Shown here: piece by piece, positions 41,571 through 54,572 of the stretch
Layout of the letters: each line of letters opens with the position of its first letter
How positions within the stretch are numbered: the stretch's first letter is position 1
NCBI GenBank assembly: GCA_951406725.2
Contig: OX597833.1
Location: 3,720,001-3,784,000 of the forward strand
Source: Octopus vulgaris
Lineage: Eukaryota
Reading direction: 5' to 3'
Length of the DNA: 64,000 bases
Made by a program: the position numbers and the translations under genes
Notes under the pieces: generated by a model
What the model saw: the letters and a program-made list of their open reading frames with translations, nothing else
The model's database searches: none
Told to the model about the DNA's origin: nothing

Positions 41571-41626
<56 letters not shown>

Positions 41627-41640
41627 TAATAATAATAATG
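41110..41640 (+). mobile_element. Retroposed repeat ending ...GCATGCACTGCTCTCTCACTC(AAT)n
   Basis: The same 3' end and (AAT)n tail recur antisense at 45405-45478. The 5' boundary is approximate. Confidence 0.65.
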
Positions 41641-41694
41641 GCAATAATTTTAGTTCCTTTTAATGTATTTTTTCTCATAATGTCGAATTAGATA

Positions 41695-41919
41695 CTCTTT
41701 TACTTGTTTCAGTCATTTGACTGTGGCCATACTGGAGCAGCGCTTTTAGTCGAGCAAGTCGACACCAGGACTCTATTCTTTGTAAGCCGAGTACTTATTC
41801 TATCGGCCTCTTTTTGCCGAACCGCTAAGTTACGGGGACGTAAACACATCAGCATCGGTTGCCAAGCGATGGTGTGTGTGTGTGTGTGGGGGACAAACAG
41901 AGACACACAAACATATACA

Positions 41920-41955
<36 letters not shown>

Positions 41956-42142
41956 TATATATGTATATACATATATACGACGGGCTTCTTTCAGTTTCCG
42001 TCTACCAAATCTGCTCACAAGACTTTGGTCGGCCCGAGGCTATAGTAGAAGACACTTGCCTAAGGTACTACGCAGTGGGACTGAACCCGGAACCATGTGG
42101 TTGGTAAACAAGCTACATACCACACAGCCACTCCTGCGCCTA
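41695..42142 (-). mobile_element. SINE family C
   Basis: Full copy. Confidence 0.88.
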
Positions 42143-42834
42143 TAGAAGAAATACAAATGTAATTTCCTTTATACAATTTTGTTTACCGAAATCTTCAAAA
42201 GGAATCGCAACAAAAGTCTTGGGACTCGGTAATCAGATTATTCTGAAGAAATAAAGATGTAAAAGAAGCAAAAGAAAAAAAAAAAAAAAAAGGATTGTGG
42301 GGGAGGAGGAGGCAGAGATCTATTTATAAGTCTTGGGTAACAAACAAACGTTTAAATATAGAGATAATCTGGGACCGGAAATGAATTCTGGGTCAGAACT
42401 TTCTGGAGAGATGTTGTCGCTGTTGGTGATGTTACCCTTGTTGTTGTTATTGTCGTTGTTGTTGTTTTTGTTGTTGTTGTTATCCTTATTGTGGTTTTTA
42501 GTTGGTCATGTTGTTGTTGTTGTTGTTGTTGATGCTGTGGTTTCTGCAGCTGCTATTCTTGTTCCGGTCGTTTTGGCAATGGTGATGACGATGGTGACGA
42601 TAATGACAATGATGATGATGATGATGATTGATGATGATTATGATGATGATGATGGTGGTGGTGATGATTGATGATGATTGATGATGATGATTGATGATTG
42701 ATGATTATGATGGTAGTGATGATTGATGACGATGATAATGATGATTGATTATGATTGATGATTGATGATGGATGATGATTGATGATGATGATGATGATTG
42801 ATGATTGATGGTGATTGAGGATGGTAGTGATGAT

Positions 42835-42866
<32 letters not shown>

Positions 42867-43600
42867 GATGATTGGTGATTTATGATTGATGATGATTGAT
42901 GATTGATGATGGTGATGATGATGATGATGATGGCGGTGGTGTTGGTGTTGGTGGTGTTGGTGGTGGGGATGATGACAATGGTTATGACACGAACGACGAT
43001 GACGATGATGATGACATCGATGATGGTGGCGACGCCGTTAATGCTGATCAACGGTGATGATAACAATAGGGAAAGTGGTGGTGGTGGTGGCGATGTTAGC
43101 GACGCCGATGTCGTACATGTGAATGTTGCTGATGTTGTTACTGATGTATTTCATTTACTTACTGACGTTGTTACGGATCAGTGAACGCCAAGACAGTTCC
43201 GTTCAAACAGACCCACAATCACATACGTTCCAGTCACGACCACCACGTCTCATACCCAGATATATTCGGTCCATGGACTGCGGCCTTTTGGGAGCAACAG
43301 ATTCATAGCCTATCCTGGACTACATTATTCACTGTAATCGTCCGCTCTGCTATTGTGTTTAGCCCCAGACAGTCCCTGTTCCAGCAGACCTATGATGAAA
43401 AGCGTTCCAGGTGTGGCCATCCCGACATTTTCCTCCAGATATATTGAATCTACGATTATGATATTGTCCAATTATGATATTGTTTCTTTCATTCCAAACG
43501 ATTCAATTCCTAACTTATAGATCTGTGACTAAAGGGATTCCAACTTTGAACACCCCGCCTTTTACGCCTATATATATTTCGGTCAATATTAAGTAACCTG

Positions 43601-43815
43601 AAGGTGGCGAGCTGGCAGAATCGTTAGCACGCTGGACGAAATGCTTTGCGGTATTTTCGCCCGTCGCTACGTTCTGAGTTCAAATTCCGCCGAGGTCGAC
43701 TTTGCCTTTCATCCTTTCGGGGTCGATGAAATAAGTACCAGTTACGCACTGGAGTCGATGAAATCGATTATCCCTCTCCCTCAAATTTCAGGCCTTGTGC
43801 CTATTGTAGAAAAGA
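43601..43815 (+). mobile_element. SINE family A
   Basis: Full monomer; attaagtaac on both flanks. Confidence 0.88.
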
Positions 43816-44644
43816 ACATTAAGTAACTTGTCCTTCGTTTTTATTAAAAGAATTAGAATTGGCTGGGTCGTTAGAATGTCGGATAGAATCTCTACGTCAC
43901 ATATGTGTGTATGTATGTATGTATGTATGTATGTATGTATGTATGTATGTATGTATGTATGTATGTATGTGTATGTGTGTGTGTGTATAAATGTATTAAG
44001 CGATTCAGTTATAAGACTCACATACAGGACTTAGTGTTTCAGTGTCAACGATCTCCGCATTGTTGAAACATCAAGTCCTGTACGTGAGCCTCTGTAACTC
44101 TATAATTCATTAAATATGGTCTTCTGTTTCCAACGATGTTGAGGCCAATCACTTTTGTTGTCGAACGCGATTTACGAGCTAAATAAAAAGATAGATCGAT
44201 AGATAGACAGACAGATATATAGGCGCAGAAGACGACGATGATGATGGTGATGGTGATGATGATGATAACGACGATGATGAGGATGTTGATGATGTTGATG
44301 ATGATGGTGGGGGTTGTGACAAGAACACCGATGACAACAGCGACGATGAAGATGAGGCTGTTCGAGCCAGCGATGAAGACGACGATAATGGCGGCGGCAA
44401 CCATGAGGAAACCGTCGACGACGATGACAATGATGATGATGATTACGACGATGCTCGTGACCATCATCACCATCACAGCCATCACCACCTTCACAACCAA
44501 CATCATCATCATCACCGCCATTTCTTCCCCGCCAAGCCTTCTCCCCAAAAATCTCCATCAGATTAAGGAATGGCGGATGTCTTACAAGAAAACGTCTCTT
44601 ATTTCTGAAGCCCCAGAAATAAACTTTTACCACATGATCAATAC

Positions 44645-44774
44645 CTACCCACCACCACCACCACCACCACTACCACCTCTCTTTCTCTCTCTCTCTCTTC
44701 CTTTCTCCCTATGTCTTTCTTTCCTGTTTCCTAGAATCTGCTCTTCTTCTTCTTTTTCTCTTTCTTCATCTTTT

Positions 44775-44806
<32 letters not shown>

Positions 44807-44906
44807 TTCTTCTTCTTCTTCTTCTTCTTCTTCTTCTTCTTCTTCTCCTTCTTCTTCTCCTCCTCCATCAACGCCGCCGTCGCCACCATAACCACCACCA
44901 CCACTA

Positions 44907-44937
<31 letters not shown>

Positions 44938-45036
44938 GTCATCATCATCATCGTCATCATCATCATCATCGTCGTCGTCGTCGTCGTCATCATCATCATC
45001 ATCATCATCGTATCGTCATCATCATCATCATCATCG

Positions 45037-45068
<32 letters not shown>

Positions 45069-45263
45069 GTCATCATCATCGTCATCATCATCATCATCAT
45101 CGTCATCATCATCGTCATCATCATCATCATCATCGTCATCATCATCGTCATCATCATCATCATCATCGTCATCATCATCGTCATCATCATCATCATCGTC
45201 GTCGTCGTGGTCGTCATCATCATCATCATCATCATCGTATCGTCATCATCATCATCATCGTCG

Positions 45264-45331
<68 letters not shown>

Positions 45332-45401
45332 GTCATCATCATCGTCATCATCATCATCATCATCGTCGTCGTCGTAGTCGTCATCATCATCATCATCATC
45401 A

Positions 45402-45432
<31 letters not shown>
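44645..45432. repeat. (CTT)n then (CAT)n then (TAT)n microsatellite
   Basis: Direct inspection. Confidence 0.95.
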
Positions 45433-45433
<1 letters not shown>

Positions 45434-46101
45434 GAGTGAGAGAGCAGTGCATGCCATTAAAGTGACACTGGGGTAAAATTATTATTATTGTTGTTGCTGT
45501 TGCTGTTTTTGCAGCTCGTGCAAGCCCATCCTCTCCCCTAATGACAGCAACCGAAGCATTGGCCTCTGCCAAACATGTCACCAACGAAGACCTTGAAGTC
45601 TTAAGAAATAAATAAGTCGGTGTAGCGTCCAAACTAAGAGGAAATTAGGTATTCTTTGGGGCTAATTTTTTTTCCTTCCGGAAACGAAGATTTAGGACGC
45701 GTTTCAACAGACTTACGTGAAGGGTTAATGATTGTGATTTTCTATTACTAATTAATTAATTAATTGTTAATTGTACCGCCATTTGTTTTTGGTATCAGTC
45801 TCAAGGAAAATCTCTGTCCAGTCTTCTCAAAGATTCTGGCAAATGTTCATTCCTTGTGTGGCTTTTGAAATTATCCTGTTGTTGATGTTGTGGTTGTTGT
45901 GACGATGGTGGCGGTGTCGAGGGTGGTGGTGTTGAGGGTGGTCCCTTCTCTAAGCACTTGAGGTTCTTTCTGCGAGTATTCCACAGAAAGATTCCATTGG
46001 GTGTGGCTTGCAATGAAACATCGTTTCAAGAAGGAACCCCAAAAAGACGTCTTCCCAGCACGAGAATCAATAATAATGATAATAATAATAATAATAATAA
46101 T

Positions 46102-46713
46102 AAAAGGTAACGATTCTGTGGGACTAAAATGTAACGATTCTGTGGGACTTTCCAGTACATACAGACCGAACCATCAAAGCCAATAAACCGGATATTGTTG
46201 TGAAAGACCAAAACAATAAAGTTTGCTTATTGATCGACATGAGCATCCCCTGTGATCATAATATCTCGGCGAAAGAGTTTGACAAGCTCAGAAAATATAA
46301 AGACCTGCTCAATGAAATTGAGAAAATATGGCATCTCAAGGCGGTTACAATACCAGTGATCGTAGGAGCACTAGGAATGATCAAGAAGGGAACCGAAAAT
46401 TATATGAGAATGATCCCTGGCTTACCATCCCTGCAAGAAGTGCAAAAGATTGTCTTAACTGGTACATCACACGTATTGAGAAGAGCATTGTCGCTGTGAG
46501 AACTATTACTACCCATGTATTTTAATTTAACTTAAAAAAAAAGAACGAACTAGTTAGTTTAATGGCCTACCAATGTATACTATGAGTTTCTTTGCCCTAG
46601 GAGTCGGGAAGACACTCGGCAAGAAATGGAAGCAAATTTGAAAGAAAAATAATAATAATAATAATAACAACAACAATAATAATAATAATAATAATAACAA
46701 CAACAATAATAAC
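46102..46713 (+). mobile_element. 5'-truncated Dong/R4-like non-LTR retrotransposon (restriction-like endonuclease + 3'UTR) inside a (TAA)n tract
   Basis: LWDFPVHTDRTIKANKPDIVV...LIDMSIP...KLRKYKDL...IPVIVGALG, stop at 46499, (AAT)n on both sides. Confidence 0.85.
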
Positions 46714-47058
46714 AAGAGCACTCAGAGAGTGCATCAGCTCAAATTTTTCCTCGTTTAGTTGCATTTTGTTTTCTCTGCCCATTGACTCGCAGCCGAGTTT
46801 CCGTCTACCAAATCCACTCGCATGGCTTTGGTCGGCCTGAGGCTATAGTGAAAGACACTTGCCCAAGGTCTCACACAGTGGGAGTGAACCCGGAACCAAG
46901 TGGTTGGGAAGCAAGCTTCTTACCAAACAGCCACTCATACTGCGCCTATATTTATATATATATAGGACGCCATGATAGATCGTTAGCACCTACACCTACA
47001 CTCCTTTTTTCTCTCCTTTTTTCTCTCCTTGTCTCTCTCCTTGTTTTTTCTGTGTTCC

Positions 47059-47092
47059 TTTCTGTAGAAGAGCGTAGGCTCGAAACGTAAAA
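47059..47092 (+). ncRNA. Variant minimal hammerhead in a Penelope-like terminus
   Basis: ttt CTGTAGA a-gagc-gtag-gctc GAAA cg TA aaa; same architecture as 59089-59123. Confidence 0.5.
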
Positions 47093-47182
47093 TACTTTTT
47101 CTATTCCTGAGTGCTATACTAATACATTTGTTTGTTTGTACTCCACCTGCCTTCGTCTTTTGTTTATTTTCGTAAACTTTCC

Positions 47183-49012
47183 CTCAAGATTAATCAGCCG
47201 AAATTACTACGATGATCCGGTTCTTGACTGAAGACTGAGGGTTTCGAATGTCCTGTCCGTGTTTATTGTGTCGTCTTCTAAGAGTTATACGTTCTTGTCC
47301 ATGTTGTATTTTTCTACATACCTTAACATATATTCCAGGCGCCCCGTACCCCCCTTAACATTTATGTGAGCACATATTCTTAATAATTGGTACGACTCTC
47401 TGTTTGTCTCTCTCTCTCTCTCATTTTTACTTGATCTGTCCCCCTCTCTCTCTTTTCTCTCTACTCATCCTCTTTTTCTCTTCTCTTTCCTCTGATTCTT
47501 TGGTCTAGTCTTCCACTACCCTCCTATTTCTTTGTCTCGCTCTGCACTCACAGGTCATTCTTCGACACCCATCCCTTCTCCTCTCTGATTCCTTCTTTCT
47601 CTCTCTTCTCTCTCTTTGTTGCGTTTGTCCCTCCTCTCTCTCTCTCTTCCTTTGCTTCTCTTTCTTTTCTTTTCCCTCTTCTCTGTCACGTGACTGTTGG
47701 CCGAAATCTGCCTTTCAGCCTCTGACCCTCGTTCTGTTAACATCGCTGTTTTCGTCCGCCACTATAAAGGCTTTTTCCATTGCGCCAGAGAAAAAATTTG
47801 TTTGCTTGTTATCAGTCGTAAGACACTGTTGTTTTCACCGTTAATGCTTCTGTATTTCATGTTTCTGTATTCCATTATTGTTTTTTGTTTTTTTATATCT
47901 GTCCCTTTTGCTGTCCTGGTGTTCGTATGCATTCGATCCTTCTTCCAGGAAATCTACGCTTCCAGCTTAGTTTTTCTAATGCTCGTTGCTTGGTTTTTCT
48001 TGGAGGGCTGGCCGTGATCTAGTAATCTCAAGATTAATCAGCCGAAATTACTACGATGATCCGGTTCTTGACTGAAGACTGAGGGTTTCGAATGTCCTGT
48101 CCGTGTTTATTGTGTCGTCTTCTAAGAGTTATACGTTCTTGTCCATGTTGTATTTTTCTACATACCTTAACATATATTCCAGGCGCCCCGTACCCCCCTT
48201 AACATTTATGTGAGCACATATTCTTAATAATTGGTACGACTCTCTGTTTGTCTCTCTCTCTCTCTCATTTTTACTTGATCTGTCCCCCTCTCTCTCTTTT
48301 CTCTCTACTCATCCTCTTTTTCTCTTCTCTTTCCTCTGATTCTTTGGTCTAGTCTTCCACTACCCTCCTATTTCTTTGTCTCGCTCTGCACTCACAGGTC
48401 ATTCTTCGACACCCATCCCTTCTCCTCTCTGATTCCTTCTTTCTCTCTCTTCTCTCTCTTTGTTGCGTTTGTCCCTCCTCTCTCTCTCTCTTCCTTTGCT
48501 TCTCTTTCTTTTCTTTTCCCTCTTCTCTGTCACGTGACTGTTGGCCGAAATCTGCCTTTCAGCCTCTGACCCTCGTTCTGTTAACATCGCTGTTTTCGTC
48601 CGCCACTATAAAGGCTTTTTCCATTGCGCCAGAGAAAAAATTTGTTTGCTTGTTATCAGTCGTAAGACACTGTTGTTTTCACCGTTAATGCTTCTGTATT
48701 TCATGTTTCTGTATTCCATTATTGTTTTTTGTTTTTATATCTGTCCCTTTTGCTGTCCTGGTGTTCGTATGCATTCGATCCTTCTTCCAGGAAATCTACG
48801 CTTCCAGCTTAGTTTTTCTAATGCTCGTTGCTTGGTTTTTCTTGGAGGGCTGGCCGTGATCTAGTAATCTCAAGATTAATCAGCCGAAATTACTACGATG
48901 ATCCGGTTCTTGACTGAAGACTGAGGGTTTCGAATGTCCTGTCCGTGTTTATTGTGTCGTCTTCTAAGAGTTATACGTTCTTGTCCATGTTGTATTTTTC
49001 TACATACCTTAA
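47183..49012 (+). repeat. Near-identical tandem array, period 844/842 bp (A-B-A-B-A; A ~150 bp), Penelope pLTR-like
   Basis: ctcaagattaatcagccg starts at 47183, 48027 and 48869. A diverged solo copy of A lies antisense at ~38140-38276. Confidence 0.92.
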
Positions 49013-49631
49013 TATATATATATATATATATATATATACAAATTAAAATATTTTGTGCTGTGTAGAAATACAAGCAATTTGTTGCACAAATTTTAACAAT
49101 AATCTTACATGCACCGACCCACCCACCCACCACCAAGGGCCATATGTACCCCTCCCCCACCACCACCACCACCACCCTAAGGACCGTCGTTGAGAACCAC
49201 TGCTCTAATATGATTTTTGTTTGTTTTTTAATTTTCTTTTCGTTTTTTTTCTTTCTTTTTGTTTTTGTTTCTCTAAGACCACATTGGGATGACTTGAGGG
49301 AGATCTGGTTGCCATTTCTAACAGGTTTTGCGACCCCGCAGCGTGCCCTCCGTTTTCGTTGATAAATGTGAACGTGGTAACTGGTAATGGTTGTGAGTGA
49401 GGGTGAGAGGAGTAGTAAGAGAATGCGAATGGCAAGGAGGTGCAGTGGTGGTGATGGTGGGACGGCAAGAGTGGAGGGGGGGGGAGAAGGATGAGGTGTT
49501 GCTAACGCTATCTCTGTTGTCCTTGTGGTTGCTAATTATTTCCTTGCTGTGTGGTAATTAGAGACGTAACGACATTGGAATGGCGGAATAGCGAAATGGG
49601 GTCAGGGCAGGGGTAGCATCATCATCAACAA

Positions 49632-50325
49632 GAGAGGGAGGGGGTGGAGGGGAAGAAGAGAGAGGGGGGAGGAGGGGAAGAAGAGAGGGGGGAGGGGGAA
49701 GGGGGAAGAAGAGAGAGGGGGGAGGAGGGGGAAGAAGAGAGAGGGGGAAGTAGGGGGAAGAAGAGAGAGGGGGGAGGAGGGGGAAGAAGAGAGAGGGAGA
49801 GGAGGGGGAAGAAGAGAGAGAGAGAGAGAGAGAGGAGGAGAGAAAAAGAAATGTTGTGAAGGGAGGAGGGCCAAGAGTTAAGACGGAGAGAAGGAAAGAA
49901 AGGAAGAAGAAAGAAAGAGAGGAACGTGAGGGAGGGGAGAGGAAAAGAGAAGGAAGAGGAGAGAGAAGATAAATGGCGATGAAGAAAGAAGAAAAATAAA
50001 GGAAAGGAAGAAGGAAAGAGTGGGAAAGAAAGGAGAGAAGCAAGGAAAGAGAGGAAGAAAGAAGAAAGACGGAGGTGGGGTGGAGAAAAGGGAAAGAAAA
50101 GGAGAAGGAAAGAAAGCAAAGAGAAAGAAAAAAAATTGGAAACGAGAGAGAGAGGGAGAGAGGGAGAGAGAGGCAGAGAGGAAAGAGAGGAAGAAAGAAG
50201 AAAGACAGGGAGGAAGAAAAGGGAAAGAAAATGCGAAGGAAAGACAGCAAAGAGAAAGAAAACATTGGAAACGAGAGAGAGTGAGAGGGAGTGAGGGAGA
50301 AGGAGAGAGGGAGAGAGGGAGAGAG
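49632..50325. repeat. Polypurine tract; 5' part is a ~20-25-bp GGGGAAGAAGAGAGAGGGGG minisatellite
   Basis: Almost pyrimidine-free on the + strand. Confidence 0.9.
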
Positions 50326-50364
50326 ACGTTATGTAAAAATGTGTGTGTGTGTGTGTGAATTCTT

Positions 50365-50786
50365 TTATCTTTTACTTGTTTCAGTCATTAGACAACGGCC
50401 ATGCTGGAGCACTGCCTTGCAGAATTTTAGTTGAACGAGTCGATCCCAGTACCTGTTCCTTTTTTTAAAGCCCGGTGCTCATTCTATCGGTTCCGTTTGC
50501 CGAACTTCTAAGTTATGGGGACATAAATAAACCGATTGTCAAGCTGCAGTGGAGAACAAACACAGACATACACAAAGACACGCGCACACACCCACATATA
50601 CATATACATAAATACATATATATATGAAGGGCTTCTTTCAATTTCCGTTTACCAAATCCACTCACAAGGCTTTGGTCGGCCCGAGGCTATAGAAGAAGAC
50701 ACTTGCCCAAGGTGTCACGCAGTGAGACTGAACTTGGAACCATGTGGTTGGGAAGCAACTTTCTTACCACACAGCTAAGGCTGTGC

Positions 50787-50790
<4 letters not shown>
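50365..50790 (-). mobile_element. SINE family C
   Basis: Full diverged copy. Partial copies also at ~9803-9965, 20165-20375, 23793-23885, 27225-27415, 37436-37600, 40673-40880 and 46795-46945. Confidence 0.82.
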
Positions 50791-50861
<71 letters not shown>

Positions 50862-50959
50862 ACTTACACACACATTTATACATACATACATATATGTGTG
50901 TGAGTGTGTATGTATATACGCGGGCGTATACATACATAACAAAATACCTATAAATATAC

Positions 50960-51200
50960 ACATCAGCAGTATCGACCAGGCCATCCGATGCTGTTGCACA
51001 CCGCCTGTCACAATGCACTTACAATTTTGTCTTGATTGCGCTATTCTTTTCCATCTTCACCCAAATTGTTTAGCTAGATCATCTTTCCACCCTAGTGGAG
51101 GCCTTCCAAGGGACCTTTACCAATTCTGGCTACCACGCGGCAACTGCATGGGTCCACCTGTTGTCTGTGAATCTTCCACATGTCTAAATAACGGTGAAAC
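50960..51200 (-). mobile_element. RTE-like LINE 3' end fragment
   Basis: Minus frame reads [14 protein letters not shown]...WKRIAQSR, typical of RTE ORF C-termini. Confidence 0.6.
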
Positions 51201-51387
51201 TGTGCAGTAATGGATGCATAGCTAATCCAATGTGTTAAATTGATTAAGAAACACATACCCAGTCTACAACTGTACGGATTTCCGTTTATGTTTTTCCGAT
51301 TTTACGACACGCTAAAAGCATTACAATGTGTGTGTGTGTGTGTGTGTTAAATTCATATTATTATTCTTATAAATTTGTTTAGAAATG

Positions 51388-51788
51388 ATCCTTTCTAATA
51401 TAGGCACAAGGCTTCGAATTTGGTTGAAATGGGGCCAGTCGATTAGATCTACCCCAATACACAACTGGTACTTATTTAATCGACCTCGAAAGGACGAAAG
51501 ATAAAGTCGACCTCGGCGGAATTTGTACTCAGAACGTAAAGACAGATGAAGTACCTATTTCTTTACTACTCACAAGGGGCTAAACACAGAGGGGACAAAC
51601 AAAGACAGACAAACGGATTAAGTCGATTACATTGACCCCAGTGCCTAACTGGTACTTAATTTATCGACCCCGAAAGGATGAAAGGCAAAGTCGACCTCGG
51701 CAGAATTTGAACTCAGAACGTAGCGGCAGACGAAATACCGCTAAGCATTTCGCCCGACGTGCTAACGATTCTGCCAGCTCGCCGCCTT
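51388..51788 (-). mobile_element. SINE family A dimer
   Basis: Head plus two body units. Confidence 0.88.
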
Positions 51789-51889
51789 AGGTTGTTCAGA
51801 AATAATGACACAACGTGGGACTTCATACTAAAAGCCAACAGCTAATTCAACAGATATTGGCTGAATAAAAACCGTTCCGGGGAAGTCGA

Positions 51890-52120
51890 AGTCCCAACAG
51901 TCTCGAATTTCACAATACATACCTTCAAGGATTCCCCCGACGTATGCATCAAAGGAATGCCAGAACCAGCAGGTATTCTCACCTTTAAAAACAAGGAATA
52001 CTTATGGAACACTCAGATTAAAAGAACAATTCGGTGCAAACATAACAGACCCCGTGCTGTTCCATGGGGCAGGGGACAAAAGTCAGGCATTGTTGTAGAG
52101 GTCAGTTGACCATGTCTTTT
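51890..52120 (+). mobile_element. Degenerate restriction-like endonuclease fragment of an R2-group LINE
   Basis: Frame reads NKEYLWNTQIKRTIRCKHNRPRAVPW...GIVVEVS*P, resembling HNRPD...VEVSCP. Confidence 0.55.
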
Positions 52121-52219
52121 CACACACTTTAAGAACTTGACTGCTTGTTAATATTTATTTCTGTGTGCCCCAGCATGGCCACAGCTCATAAGCTGAAACT
52201 AGAATCAATCAATCAATCA

Positions 52220-52300
<81 letters not shown>

Positions 52301-52341
52301 ACATATATATATATGTATACATATATATATATGTATACATA

Positions 52342-52372
<31 letters not shown>

Positions 52373-52384
52373 GTATATATATAC

Positions 52385-52502
<118 letters not shown>

Positions 52503-52856
52503 GTATGGCATGGGCCAAACACGCTCACACATGCACACACACACACATGCGTGTGCGTGTGAGTGTGTGTGTATTTGTACAAGCGTATGTATATTCACAC
52601 ATGTACACACACGCGCGCGCGCGCACACACACATTATGCACACACACACACTGTACACAGATGTCGCATGAGAAATCTCAGTGAGATATTCTCGTTTTCC
52701 CTTGAGTCGCATTCCCCCAGTATTCCACAAATTAGAAGACGCTCATACATCTGCTTAGAATTAGCCTCGGTAAGGTAGCAGTCATATCCATTATACACAC
52801 ACACACACATGTATGTATGTATCATGTGTGTATGTATCATGTATGTATGTATCATG

Positions 52857-52911
<55 letters not shown>

Positions 52912-52925
52912 GTATATACACACAC

Positions 52926-52956
<31 letters not shown>

Positions 52957-53104
52957 TGTATATATATATATATATGTATATGTATATGTCTGTGTGAATA
53001 TATATATATATTACTGTTGTGCAACCGCAACCTGACTACGAATACACATACGTACACACAATATATATATTCATATATATATATATATATATAAGCATAT
53101 CTAT

Positions 53105-53169
<65 letters not shown>

Positions 53170-53384
53170 CATACATACATACATACATACATACATACAT
53201 ACATACACTCACACACAAACACACACACACGCGCACACACACACACACGCACACACACATATATATATATTACACGCGGAAGTAGTGTATATAGCATGTT
53301 TTATAGACATATGTTAGATGAGGCTGACAAGTGAGACCTCTGTGGGTAAACAACGGAAGTTTTAACAGCTAAGAATGAGCACTG

Positions 53385-53426
53385 GACTGACTAGTTTCGT
53401 TTCTCATTAAAGACTCATCAGAGATC
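53385..53426 (-). ncRNA. Minimal type I hammerhead ribozyme motif
   Basis: Minus: gatct CTGATGA gtctttaatgagaaac GAAA ctag TC agtc; palindromic stem III, GUC triplet. Confidence 0.7.
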
Positions 53427-53898
53427 GAGTTACGTTAAAGCCCAGTTTATGAAAGCTGTAACGAAACTCTGAGAAGCACGCGAAATCTATAACCAGGCTG
53501 TACGGGTCTCTTATTAGCTGTATTACGTATATTATGTATACAGTTTGGTTACGTGTCAATATGCCTATAGAAATCATATATGTAGTTGCATTCTGTTAGA
53601 AACGTGTTAGAATATAGTATAGAGGTCGTCCACCTTCAGAATAACCTAATAGTATAGGCAGTATTATTATATATTTCGAACCCTAAAATTGGGCATTCGA
53701 CATGTGTGAATATAAAAGTAAAGAAATTGGAGTCAAGAAGAGGGAGCACGGTTAGACTCCCTTTCCTGATTCCAATTTCTTCAATTATATATATATTTAA
53801 AGACTGTAACTGTGTAAGGCCGGAACAATGCGAAAAGGCACAAAGTAAACTGCAAATTGAAAAGAAAACAGAACAAAGACGCAGTTTTTCCTTGTATT

Positions 53899-53932
53899 TC
53901 TACATTTCGGGGTGAAAATCCCTTCGTCAGGA
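53899..53932 (-). ncRNA. Minimal type I hammerhead ribozyme motif
   Basis: Minus: tc CTGACGA a-ggg-attttca-ccc-c GAAA tg TA ga. Confidence 0.65.
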
Positions 53933-54261
53933 CATCCAGAAAAGCGCTGGAAAATGTTGTTGCTCAGATATGCAACATTTTCCAGCTACCGCTCTCTCTC
54001 CTGCCTTCTCTCCCCCCTTCTCTCTCCCCCTCTCTCTCAAACCAAATTTGTTTCTCCATTTTCTTCCTTGTATTGTAAATTTACGGTAAAAATATTTCTT
54101 TACCTTCACCCGTTTAATACAATAAATGAGTTAATTGCATTGCAATTAAAAACATTTATATATTAAGAATTTGGGTAATTTACCAGTAGTATATTGGATA
54201 AATGCTATCCCATAGTGGGTTGCACTCATAACCCCTATCTTACTTTGTATATATATATGAA

Positions 54262-54572
54262 TGACCATGGGATTGCACCTAGAAAGTTACTCTCCGAGAC
54301 ATAAGTCCAAGCAAGGTCGTTTATGGAAGACCAGCAGTCGCCTATGCATACCAGCTTCTCCCCTCTTCATGCCACCGATATTATCCAAGACAAAGGGGCT
54401 GATACAGCTTGACACCAGTGACGTCGCAACTCATTTCTATAACTGAGTGAACTGGAGAAACATGAAATAAAGTGTCTTGCTCAAGAACACAACACGCAGC
54501 CCGGTCCAGGATTCGAGCTCACAACCTAACGATCGTAAGCTCGACGCTCTAACCACTGAGCCATGCGCCTTC
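54262..54572 (-). mobile_element. tRNA-derived CORE-type SINE
   Basis: Minus strand GGCGCATGGCTCAGTGGTTAGAGC...ttcttgagcaagacacttt. Confidence 0.78.

Noticed and set aside
47183-49012. CRISPR-like or coding tandem repeat
   Set aside because: Units are wholly identical with no variable spacers, the ORFs are low-complexity, and the context is eukaryotic.
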